A DNA stretch of 64,000 bases from Paludibacteraceae bacterium (GTDB lineage: Bacteria; Bacteroidota; Bacteroidia; Bacteroidales; Paludibacteraceae), in NCBI GenBank assembly GCA_016295035.1, contig JAEDLW010000001.1:2149-66148 (forward strand). The letters run 5' to 3'. The notes beneath the pieces are model-generated. The model saw only the letters and a program-made list of their open reading frames with translations. It was not told where the DNA came from and searched no databases. This document shows positions 56,024 to 64,000 of this stretch, piece by piece; position 1 is the stretch's first letter, and each line of letters starts with the position of its first letter. A program made the position numbers and the translations under genes.

Positions 56024-57306
56024 CGCAGAAATCCTATTCCTAAACGTTCAACAGCTGCGCGTTCAAGTTCTTCACGCATCGACGGATCGGCAATCGAGAT
56101 AAGCAGTTTTGCCCTCTCCATAATAGGTTTATTACGCAGATAAACAATACCGTGCTCGGTAACAATATACTGCGCTTGGAATCTTGTCGTCACTACACCT
56201 GCTCCGGGAGCGAGATGCGCAACAATCTTTGATTGTCCTTTACTCGTCATACTCGGTAGCGCAATAAAACACTTACCACCTTCACTAAGCGCGCTACCGT
56301 ACATGAAATCATGTTGCCCACCTACGCCGCTGATAATGGTATCACCAATGCTGTCGGCGCAAATCTGTCCTGTCAAATCGACTTCCACAGCAGAGTTAAT
56401 AGCCATGCAACGGGGGTTCTGACGGATAATCTGTGGGTCATTGGTCCATGCTACGTCGTATAACTCAATTTCTTTGTTGTAGTCCAAATAGTCATATAGA
56501 GCCTTAGAACCTAATACGAGACTTCCAACGCTCTTTCCGGGACGTATCTTCTTTAGGCTGTTGTCTATCACCCCACTCTGAATCAAAGGCAGTACGCCAT
56601 CAGTAATAGCTTCAGTATGCAAGCCAAGATGCTGATGATTCTTGAGTGCGTTAATGACTGCATTTGGTATGCCACCAACTCCAATTTGCAACGTAGCGCC
56701 ATCGGGTATCTCGTTTGCAATGAAGTTACCAATTCGCGTATCCACCTCGCTTGATAAAGGCGTTGGCACTTCAATCAGCGGTTCGTCCGCACGGCAGATA
56801 GCGTCCAGTTGAGAGATATGTATCTTAGCCGGTCCTTGCGTATGCGGCATGTACTTATTCATCTGCGCGATGCGCACGTGTGCACACTCTGCTGCGGAAT
56901 AGATAATATCTGCCGACATACCGAACGAGCAGTAGCCCTCCTCATCGGGCTCGGAAACGTGCATAAAAGCAACATCCACTTTGATTTGTCCACTACGGAA
57001 GAGGAATGGCACTTCGCCTAAGAACGCCGGTATCGTATCCGCTACACCTTCACGCATCGCACGACGCAGGTTATTTGGCACAAAGATAGACTGGGCCTTA
57101 AACGAATCCATCAATTCCCGTTTGGCGTAAGGTGCATCTTCGGGATGCACACCAAAGCCGGAAATCAATCGTACGTCACGCAACTCATTCGCACGAGCAG
57201 TTAAGGCGTGCAATAGCACCATCGGTATCGACGTCGAGCCTTGTACTACAATGGTGTCACCACTTCTCACGAGACCTACCGCCTCACTCGGACTGATAAT
57301 CTTCAT
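56014..57306 (-). CDS. Acetyl-CoA hydrolase/transferase-family CoA-transferase (4-hydroxybutyrate / succinyl-CoA:acetate CoA-transferase-like)
   Basis: The 430-aa protein has the N-terminus MKIISPSEAVGLVRSGDTIVVQGSTSIP and a GGQHDF-containing C-terminal half typical of the AcetylCoA_hydro/transf family. Confidence 0.75.
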   Translation of the reverse strand: MKIISPSEAVGLVRSGDTIVVQGSTSIPMVLLHALTARANELRDVRLISGFGVHPEDAPYAKRELMDSFKAQSIFVPNNLRRAMREGVADTIPAFLGEVPFLFRSGQIKVDVAFMHVSEPDEEGYCSFGMSADIIYSAAECAHVRIAQMNKYMPHTQGPAKIHISQLDAICRADEPLIEVPTPLSSEVDTRIGNFIANEIPDGATLQIGVGGIPNAVINALKNHQHLGLHTEAITDGVLPLIQSGVIDNSLKKIRPGKSVGSLVLGSKALYDYLDYNKEIELYDVAWTNDPQIIRQNPRCMAINSAVEVDLTGQICADSIGDTIISGVGGQHDFMYGSALSEGGKCFIALPSMTSKGQSKIVAHLAPGAGVVTTRFQAQYIVTEHGIVYLRNKPIMERAKLLISIADPSMREELERAAVERLGIGFLRYK

Positions 57307-58612
57307 TGAATTTCTTTAATCGTTTTTCTAATTCTGCAAACTGGTCATCACGCACAGCACTTGCGCATCCGCGCATACCTTCACGTTTGGCGCCAGTACT
57401 GGTCAATGAAATTGCCGATACACCATAGTAGATAAGTTTATTGAGCATTTTCTCACCCGTCCAGTCCTTGTAACCGAAGGTAAAGAAGAAACCATCGCCC
57501 ACCTCTTGGTCATCAGCATCTTTGTCATATACAATATGAAATCCGTTGCGGAGCATAATTTCCTTTATCTGATGTGCCTTGCGCGCATAAATAGAAGAGT
57601 TTTTGACAAACGGAATTTGTCCCTGACAGGCTCCTTTAAACATCGCCGCCATACCATATTGCACAGAGTGTGTGACGCCGGACGATAAACTATACAGGAC
57701 ATTATAGACAAGGTTGCGCATGAACTCTCCGTCGTTATCATAGCGTGCGGCCAATGCCGGATATTTGCGTTTAGCAAAGTACGGATTTACGGCCAATATA
57801 GCTCCGCGTTGTCCAGCATAAGAGAACATTTTAGAACACGAAATCATGTGTACTACGTTATTTGTGTATCGTCCTACAGAGGGCTGATACGGCGGCTCGT
57901 AAGGTGTGCCTCGATTTGGGTCACGGAAGTCCATATTAAAATAAGCGAGGTCTTCTATAACCATCACATTGTGCTTTGTTGCAAGTCGACCTATTATCTC
58001 CAGTTCTCGATCAGTAAGGCACATCCAACTCGGGTTATTAGGATTGGAGAAGAGCATGGCGGCTATCTTACCAGTTGCGAAGTGGCGCTCCAATTCATCC
58101 TCTAACGCTTCTCCTCGGAAATCGCCCACGTCAATAGAGTCCACATTCACGCCAATGACCTTACACTGCAGTTTTTGTACCGGGAAGCAAGGGTCGAGGA
58201 AGAGCACAGTATTTTTCTCATCATCCAACTGCGATATGGTGAGGTTAAGAGCAAAAGCACCTTGCATACTACCTACAGTTGGCACTATGCGCTCATCAGG
58301 AATATCTAGTCCAAGGAAAGCACGCACAAACTCCGAGCCCCAGTGCTTCAGTTCTGGAACACCGGTTATCAAGGGGTATTGTGAGCCGCAGCCGTGCAGC
58401 AACGCCTCGTGTTCAGCCCATATGCCTATTGTTTCGCTGGCGAGGCCCGGGTTGCCTAACTCCATGTGAATAAACTCCACGCCTGTAGCACGTTCTATGT
58501 CTTTGACTACGCCTACTAATTGGCGTATGGATGCCGAACCTAATTCGTGCGCGTTCCTCAATCCGAAGTCACGGCATGTGGCATCTACTATGTGTTTATT
58601 TAACGGAAACAT
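57284..58612 (-). CDS. Class I/II PLP-dependent aminotransferase
   Basis: The 442-aa protein has the PLP lysine context ISCSKMFSYAGQRG (SxSK) and NPNNPS. Confidence 0.8.
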   Translation of the reverse strand: MFPLNKHIVDATCRDFGLRNAHELGSASIRQLVGVVKDIERATGVEFIHMELGNPGLASETIGIWAEHEALLHGCGSQYPLITGVPELKHWGSEFVRAFLGLDIPDERIVPTVGSMQGAFALNLTISQLDDEKNTVLFLDPCFPVQKLQCKVIGVNVDSIDVGDFRGEALEDELERHFATGKIAAMLFSNPNNPSWMCLTDRELEIIGRLATKHNVMVIEDLAYFNMDFRDPNRGTPYEPPYQPSVGRYTNNVVHMISCSKMFSYAGQRGAILAVNPYFAKRKYPALAARYDNDGEFMRNLVYNVLYSLSSGVTHSVQYGMAAMFKGACQGQIPFVKNSSIYARKAHQIKEIMLRNGFHIVYDKDADDQEVGDGFFFTFGYKDWTGEKMLNKLIYYGVSAISLTSTGAKREGMRGCASAVRDDQFAELEKRLKKFNEDYQSE

Positions 58613-59174
58613 TATATCCTGCCTCTACGGCTGCTAAGTTACTATTCACTACGGCATCCCCTTTACGTGCAAAAACGCGTTGGATACCAGCTATCATCTT
58701 ATCATGGTCTATACCTAACATCGGAATTGCAGCTCCAAGTAGCACCATGTTAGCAGCCTGCGCAGGTGCGCCGACTTCTTTGGCAAGTGCCTCACAGTTG
58801 AGTAATACATGATTCTTATAGCCGCGTATGTGGCAGAGAACCTGCTCTATATCCGGATAGTTTGGTATATTGATTAGCGGCACCTCATTGGTCACTATCC
58901 AACCATCTGGTTTAAGGTATTGAACGTACCTAAGCGCTTCCATCGGCTCGAGAGAGATGATAATGTCTGCTCCCCCCTTAGCAATAAGGTCCGAGGCAAT
59001 CGGTTCATCACTGAGTCGGAGATTCGACTGTACGTCTCCTCCACGTTGTGACATACCGTGTACTTCGGCCTGCTTGAGGTATAGACCCTCATTAAGTGCC
59101 GCTTCACCAATCACTGTTGCGATGGAAAGGATACCTTGTCCTCCCACTCCCGCTAAGATTATATCCCGTTTCAT
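58596..59174 (-). CDS. iorB: Indolepyruvate:ferredoxin oxidoreductase, beta subunit
   Basis: It has MKRDIILAGVGGQGILS and a POR gamma-like fold of 192 aa. It overlaps the iorA stop by 4 nt. Confidence 0.85.
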   Translation of the reverse strand: MKRDIILAGVGGQGILSIATVIGEAALNEGLYLKQAEVHGMSQRGGDVQSNLRLSDEPIASDLIAKGGADIIISLEPMEALRYVQYLKPDGWIVTNEVPLINIPNYPDIEQVLCHIRGYKNHVLLNCEALAKEVGAPAQAANMVLLGAAIPMLGIDHDKMIAGIQRVFARKGDAVVNSNLAAVEAGYNVSVK

Positions 59175-60769
59175 TGCTTCGCTTGTTTAAGATGACGTTT
59201 CAAGGTTTGTATACATTCGCGACGGGCGATTACGACGCTCACGCCATTATAATCAATCTCCTCCCGCAGAGCTGCTTTTATCTCCTCCATATTCTTCGGC
59301 AGGGGCACAACAACACGTATATGTTGTTTATCTACGCCCAGTCCTTCACATATCTGCTCGAGTCTTCCTGTTCCGGCAGAATCCTGTCCGCCTGTCATAC
59401 CGGTGGTGAGATTATCACTTATGAGTACGAGTACGTTGGCATTACTATTCACACAGTCGAGCAGTCCTGTCATACCAGAGTGTGTGAAAGTAGAATCGCC
59501 TATGACAGCTATAGCAGGATGTTGTCCAGCATCAGCTGCACCTTTAGCCATCGTTACGGATGCTCCCATCTCTACACAAGCGTGTATGGCGTGGAAGGGT
59601 GAAAGTGCTCCAAGAGTGTAACAGCCTATATCGCCAAAGATACGTGAATTAGGATACTCACGAGCCACCTCATTGAGAGCAGTGTACATGTCACGGTGTC
59701 CGCATCCTTGGCACAATGCAGGCGGACGACCTACCACAATAGCATCCGGCTCATGAGTCGGCAACGGGTCAAGCCCTAAAGCAACGCGCACGCTATCGGG
59801 TGTTAGTTCTCCCATGCGAGGTAAGTCGCCTGTCAATCGGCCTCGAACATTCACGCTACTCGGCACCATGCCGCGTAACAGCTCTTCCACTACAGGTTGT
59901 CCCTCTTCTATCACCAATATCTCTTCCGCACCATCTGCCACCATTTGATTAATGAGCGCCTTAGGGAGAGGATACTGAGTGATTTTGAGAACGGAAGCCT
60001 TTTCACCTTTCAACATGAAACTTTCAAGCAAGTAGTTATAGCCAATTCCTGTTGTTACAATTGCCTTATTAGGGTTGCTTCCTTTAGTATAGACATTATT
60101 GCCTGCCTTTTCGCTCTCGCTAACAAAATCAGGCTGTGCAGCTATCAATTCGGCGTAGTTGCGCTTTGCGAATGCAGGCAGAAGGATAAACTGTTGCACG
60201 TCCTTCGGCACAGACATTTCGTTCTGTTTTCGCGGTTCTGCAGTCTCTACAACGGATCTACTATGTGCCATTCTGGTCGTTACGCGCAATAGTACAGGTG
60301 TGCGGAGTCGCTCACTCAAATCGAAGGCATAGCGAGTGAGATTGTAGGCCTCTTGTTGGTTACTAGGTTCAAGGCAGGGAATCATTGCAAACTTAGCATA
60401 GAAACGACTGTCTTGTTCATTTTGTGAACTGTGCATGCTCGGGTCGTCTGCCGCAAGTACTACCAGTCCACCATTCACACCTGTGATGGCGGCATTCATA
60501 AAAGCGTCTGCGCAGACATTCATACCTACATGTTTCATGCATACGAGTGCCCGTTTGCCCATGTAGCTCATGCCTAAAGCAGCCTCCATGGCGGTCTTTT
60601 CGTTGGTTGCCCACTTACAGAAAATACCCGTGGGCTGTTTAGATTCGAGTAATTGGATATACTCTGTGATTTCGGTGCTTGGAGTACCAGGATAGGCATA
60701 GACGCCGCTCAGTCCGGCATCAACGGCCGCTTGAGCAATGGCTTCATCTCCTAATAAAACTTTTTTCAT
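59171..60769 (-). CDS. iorA: Indolepyruvate:ferredoxin oxidoreductase, alpha subunit
   Basis: I trimmed the start to MKKVLLGDEAIAQAAVDAGL (ATG at 60769). It has the TPP motif GDSTFTHSG and the cysteine pair CQGCGH. Confidence 0.88.
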   Translation of the reverse strand: MKKVLLGDEAIAQAAVDAGLSGVYAYPGTPSTEITEYIQLLESKQPTGIFCKWATNEKTAMEAALGMSYMGKRALVCMKHVGMNVCADAFMNAAITGVNGGLVVLAADDPSMHSSQNEQDSRFYAKFAMIPCLEPSNQQEAYNLTRYAFDLSERLRTPVLLRVTTRMAHSRSVVETAEPRKQNEMSVPKDVQQFILLPAFAKRNYAELIAAQPDFVSESEKAGNNVYTKGSNPNKAIVTTGIGYNYLLESFMLKGEKASVLKITQYPLPKALINQMVADGAEEILVIEEGQPVVEELLRGMVPSSVNVRGRLTGDLPRMGELTPDSVRVALGLDPLPTHEPDAIVVGRPPALCQGCGHRDMYTALNEVAREYPNSRIFGDIGCYTLGALSPFHAIHACVEMGASVTMAKGAADAGQHPAIAVIGDSTFTHSGMTGLLDCVNSNANVLVLISDNLTTGMTGGQDSAGTGRLEQICEGLGVDKQHIRVVVPLPKNMEEIKAALREEIDYNGVSVVIARRECIQTLKRHLKQAKQ

Positions 60770-60807
60770 GGTATTTCTTCTTTTAACTTCATCTATTGAC
60801 TTTTGAA

Positions 60808-61758
60808 TTATTCCCAATGCCGCGTATTTTCACCTCTCAGGAATCGCTGCCAGCTTTGGGCGATATTGGACAAAACCATATGTCGCGCGTAGATGTGATC
60901 ATAGCGAGCAATAAGTTTGGCTTCTTGCACGCGCTGACGGAACGTATGCATCTTGCGTAGTAGCACATTTTTCGGTGCCGTTCGTTTGGGCAAACATTCG
61001 CGTCCTTGTTCAATCGATGTTTTTAGAGCCTCAGCTGTAAGGGCAACCTTCGGGTCGTAAAGCGGACATATTGTTTCCGGCACCCCGAAATCGTGCACAA
61101 GGAGGTAAGCATATAGTTTCCAAGCTTGTAGCAAGTGTAGCTTCCTCAAGTTCTTTTTCAGGTAAATAGTTAGCGCATCATAGCTCACCTCTTTCGGCTT
61201 CCCATTAGTCAGCAGCCTGGCTAAATCCTCCAACTGGCGCATCACAGCAGTGTTATGCGTCCAATGTTCCCAACTGTGCATAAAGACGTATAAGACGTTG
61301 AATTTCCACTCCGGTTCCCACCAGCTATCTTCTCCGTTGGTGTAGCGCACGCTATTTAGCAGGAGACCTTCGGTTTCTAATTGGCTGTATAGTCGTTGAT
61401 CTCGCGGGTGCATGAGAGACATGCTGACACGGTGCATCTCTATGGCCGTATTGAACGGTTTGTAGAACGTCAGGTTATAGTGCTTGTAGTACTCCTCCTC
61501 ACCATCAAACAATGCGGCCTCCGGAAAAGCTTCTCGCAATGCTGCTGCTCCTTTGTGGTAATCGGCATTACCAACAAAGATATCAATATCTCCCCAACTC
61601 CGCATATACGGTTGGTCATAAAGTCGAGCGAGACCGAATCCTTTCAAAAGCACAGGTTTAATACCCTGCGCCTCCAGTGCAGTTATTGCTTTTCTCATCA
61701 TGCCCAACATCACTTCTTGCCGCTGAGCATTTATGTAGTATTGGCCATTCGCTCTCAT
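60808..61758 (-). CDS. Uncharacterised nucleotidyltransferase-family protein (NTP_transf_5-like)
   Basis: It has GIKPVLLKGFGLARLYDQPYMRSWGDIDIFV, the pattern of the 'uncharacterised nucleotidyltransferase' family. Confidence 0.6.
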   Translation of the reverse strand: MRANGQYYINAQRQEVMLGMMRKAITALEAQGIKPVLLKGFGLARLYDQPYMRSWGDIDIFVGNADYHKGAAALREAFPEAALFDGEEEYYKHYNLTFYKPFNTAIEMHRVSMSLMHPRDQRLYSQLETEGLLLNSVRYTNGEDSWWEPEWKFNVLYVFMHSWEHWTHNTAVMRQLEDLARLLTNGKPKEVSYDALTIYLKKNLRKLHLLQAWKLYAYLLVHDFGVPETICPLYDPKVALTAEALKTSIEQGRECLPKRTAPKNVLLRKMHTFRQRVQEAKLIARYDHIYARHMVLSNIAQSWQRFLRGENTRHWE

Positions 61759-61778
61759 TATATTTATCTATGAGCGCA

Positions 61779-61786
61779 CAAAGATA
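61779..61786 (-). promoter_or_regulatory. -7 box TATCTTTG upstream of the NTP_transf_5/ior operon
   Basis: The minus strand reads agcagTATCTTTGtgcgc, 20 nt before the ATG at 61758. Confidence 0.5.
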
Positions 61787-61811
61787 CTGCTTTTTTTGCA
61801 TATGTGCAAAC

Positions 61812-61846
61812 AAAAAGTGCGGAATTGTAATTTTTCCGCACTTTTC
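61812..61846 (-). terminator. Rho-independent terminator after the MFS transporter gene
   Basis: AAAAGTGCGGAA pairs with TTCCGCACTTTT. On the minus strand it is followed by TTTTGTTTG. Confidence 0.75.
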
Positions 61847-61882
61847 TTGCGCTGGAATCAGCCGAAGCATGGATTGAGGGAT

Positions 61883-63142
61883 TTAGTCAATCTTGATATC
61901 TTTGTTCACATTCTTGCTGCCAAAGAGTGCATACCACAGAATATAAGCAACGCCGATAATCGGAACGATATAACTAATCAGACAGTTATGCGCTGCGACG
62001 ATACTCTGGATGTAAGGAAGGACACCACCTCCGACTACCATCATCATGAATATACCGCTGGCTTTAGCAGTGTATTTGCCGAGTCCTTCGGTCGCCATGT
62101 TGAAGATAGAAGTCCACATAACGGAAGTGCACAAACCGCAGAGCATGATCAGCAAGGCTGCAATAGGCATGAGTGCCATATCAAAAGCCCAGTTGGTGGG
62201 CAGCAATACTTGTATGCTGTCGCCTAAGAACATGGCTGCGACCATGAGCGCAATAGCGAGGGAGGCAACGCAGATAACCATCACTTTACTGCTTACTTTA
62301 CCGCCGATGAAGGAACCTATGGTGCGGCCGACGAGCATGAGGAGCCAGTAGAGACCAGCAACGAAACCGGCGGCGGCGAAACCTGCTGTAGGTTTGAGGT
62401 AGCTGATGAGTGTGGCAGGGATACCGACTTCGACACCGACATAGAAGAAGATGGCAATCACGCCGAGCGTGAGGTGGCGGAAAGACCACGGGCTGCGCTC
62501 GTAAGTGACTTGTTGTCCGGCTCCGGCCGGCTCGGCAATAGGAGTGATAAAGAGAATGAGGAAGATGAAGGCAAAGACTGCCATTGCGATATAGAGCACG
62601 ATATTGACATCGTCGATTTCTTTACCGGAGAGGCTTTGTCCGATGATAGCACCGACGAGCATTGGCGTCAACGCACCGGATAAGGAGTTGAGCGTACCGC
62701 CAATCATGTTCAGTTGGTTACCACGGTTACCACCGCCACCTAAGAGGTTGAGCATAGGATTTGTGACCGTATTGAGCATGCAGACGCAGAAGCCGCAGAG
62801 TAGCGCGCCGCAGAGATAGACAGCGAAGCTATCAAAGACGCCACTCATCCACTGAACGGCAATGCCGATAAATCCTAAGAAGATTGCAGCGAGCGCTGTT
62901 TTCTTGTATCCGTACTTGGATAAAATATTTCCCGCAGGGATACCCATAATGAGGTACGCGAGGAAATTAAAGAGGTTACCCAACATCCCCATACGCTCTG
63001 CCTGTGCGGGGTCTTCAAACGAAGCGCCCCAGATTTTACCAACAGGAGCAGCGAGGTTAGTAACAAAAGAGATCATCGCATAGAGGAACATCATAGCGAT
63101 GATAGTAATCACTGTTAATGATTTTGATTGCTTAGTACTCAT
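61883..63142 (-). CDS. Sugar MFS transporter (fucose/glucose-galactose permease-like FHS family)
   Basis: The 419-aa protein has 12 predicted TM helices and the motif GIPAGNILSKYGYKKTAL typical of FHS-type sugar:H+ symporters. Confidence 0.7.
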   Translation of the reverse strand: MSTKQSKSLTVITIIAMMFLYAMISFVTNLAAPVGKIWGASFEDPAQAERMGMLGNLFNFLAYLIMGIPAGNILSKYGYKKTALAAIFLGFIGIAVQWMSGVFDSFAVYLCGALLCGFCVCMLNTVTNPMLNLLGGGGNRGNQLNMIGGTLNSLSGALTPMLVGAIIGQSLSGKEIDDVNIVLYIAMAVFAFIFLILFITPIAEPAGAGQQVTYERSPWSFRHLTLGVIAIFFYVGVEVGIPATLISYLKPTAGFAAAGFVAGLYWLLMLVGRTIGSFIGGKVSSKVMVICVASLAIALMVAAMFLGDSIQVLLPTNWAFDMALMPIAALLIMLCGLCTSVMWTSIFNMATEGLGKYTAKASGIFMMMVVGGGVLPYIQSIVAAHNCLISYIVPIIGVAYILWYALFGSKNVNKDIKID

Positions 63143-63175
63143 AGTTTTATTATTTAATGTCTATATTATCTATCT

Positions 63176-64000
63176 CTATCCTGCCCAATTACTCCGATCC
63201 AAGGAGCGGTATGATATAGCCTCAAGCAGATGGTTTTTCTGGATATCATGCGCACCTTCTATGTCAGCAATGGTTCGCGCCACTTTTAAGATACGGTCGT
63301 ATGCACGGGCACTGAGACCCAGTTTAGTCATTGCAAACTCCAACATCTTATCACACTCAGCATCTAAAGCGCAATACTGACGCACCATCTTAGAGGTCAT
63401 CATCGCATTACAATGTACTAATTTGCTATGTTTGAACCGATCATTTTGAATAGCACGCGCTTTAAGAACTCGTTCGCGCATTTCTGCAGAACTTTCACCT
63501 GGCTGTGAGTCACGTAACTGTTCATATGGTACGGCCTCTATCTCACATTGAATATCTATTCTGTCCAGCAGCGGCCCGCTAATTTTACTCATATATCGGT
63601 GTATCTGCGCCGGTGTGCATGTGCAAGGATGTGCCGGGTTATTCTCCCCATAGTGTCCGCATGGGCAAGGGTTCATTGCTGCTACCAACATAAAGGAAGC
63701 AGGATAATCCACCGTGTCTTTTGCTCGAGAGACTGTGATGTGCCGATCTTCTAATGGTTGCCGCAAGACTTCCAAAACAGAGCGTTTATACTCTGGGAGT
63801 TCATCGAGAAAGAGCACTCCATTATGAGCTAAAGATATTTCCCCGGGATGCGGGTTAGAACCACCACCAACCAACGCAACATCGGTGATAGTATGATGCG
63901 GACTACGGAATGGACGTTGCACGATAAGCGAACCACTCGTACCTTTGCGTTTATTAGTTAGCCCCGCAACCGAGTGAATCTTGGTGGTCTCCAGTGCTTC
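63176..64000 (-). CDS. comM: YifB/ComM-family Mg-chelatase-like ATPase, C-terminal part; the gene continues past the right edge
   Basis: It has [49 protein letters not shown], the ComM signature. The reading frame stays open upstream of the track Met to position 64000. Confidence 0.88.
   Translation of the reverse strand, partial: EALETTKIHSVAGLTNKRKGTSGSLIVQRPFRSPHHTITDVALVGGGSNPHPGEISLAHNGVLFLDELPEYKRSVLEVLRQPLEDRHITVSRAKDTVDYPASFMLVAAMNPCPCGHYGENNPAHPCTCTPAQIHRYMSKISGPLLDRIDIQCEIEAVPYEQLRDSQPGESSAEMRERVLKARAIQNDRFKHSKLVHCNAMMTSKMVRQYCALDAECDKMLEFAMTKLGLSARAYDRILKVARTIADIEGAHDIQKNHLLEAISYRSLDRSNWAG

Noticed and set aside
1-64000. I looked for prophage, integrative element, transposase, toxin-antitoxin or known defence-system genes.
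   Set aside because: No integrase, transposase, restriction, Cas, abortive-infection or reverse-transcriptase-like ORF is recognisable in any frame. The tRNA genes show no adjacent attachment-site-like direct repeat.

Overview
This is a chromosomal segment from a Bacteroidota genome, probably Bacteroidales and Prevotella-like. The assignment rests on repeated TAnnTTTG -7 promoter boxes, a DUF2723 membrane protein, WG-repeat lipoproteins and TSP3/OmpA outer-membrane proteins. Housekeeping genes flank the window: murB, nadE, three tRNAs, ftsY, ribBA, cdd, rlmD, the SRP RNA (ffs), yebC, rsmG and comM. The centre, about 8.2-33.2 kb, is one same-strand surface-polysaccharide locus. It encodes two UDP-sugar dehydrogenases and a 2-aminoethylphosphonate (AEP) cassette (LicC-like nucleotidyltransferase, aepX/Y/Z). 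It also encodes Wzx, an EpsG-type Wzy, a TagF-like phosphotransferase and four glycosyltransferases. Further genes are an ACP-dependent acyl-building cassette, fnlABC for UDP-L-FucNAc, an initiating phosphoglycosyl transferase and a DegT-type aminotransferase. The right side carries an iorAB, aminotransferase and CoA-transferase operon. I saw no mobile element, CRISPR array or recognisable defence system. The most unusual signals are: (1) the acyl cassette and the phosphonate genes in the glycan locus; (2) a strongly promoted, highly structured non-coding region upstream of a lone GT2 gene, with mutually exclusive closing-helix and terminator pairings; (3) several intergenic tandem-repeat arrays phased at 11, 21 or 22 bp, several sharing a GGTGATT/TGATTA core. 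All functional calls come from motif reading by eye; no database search was run.
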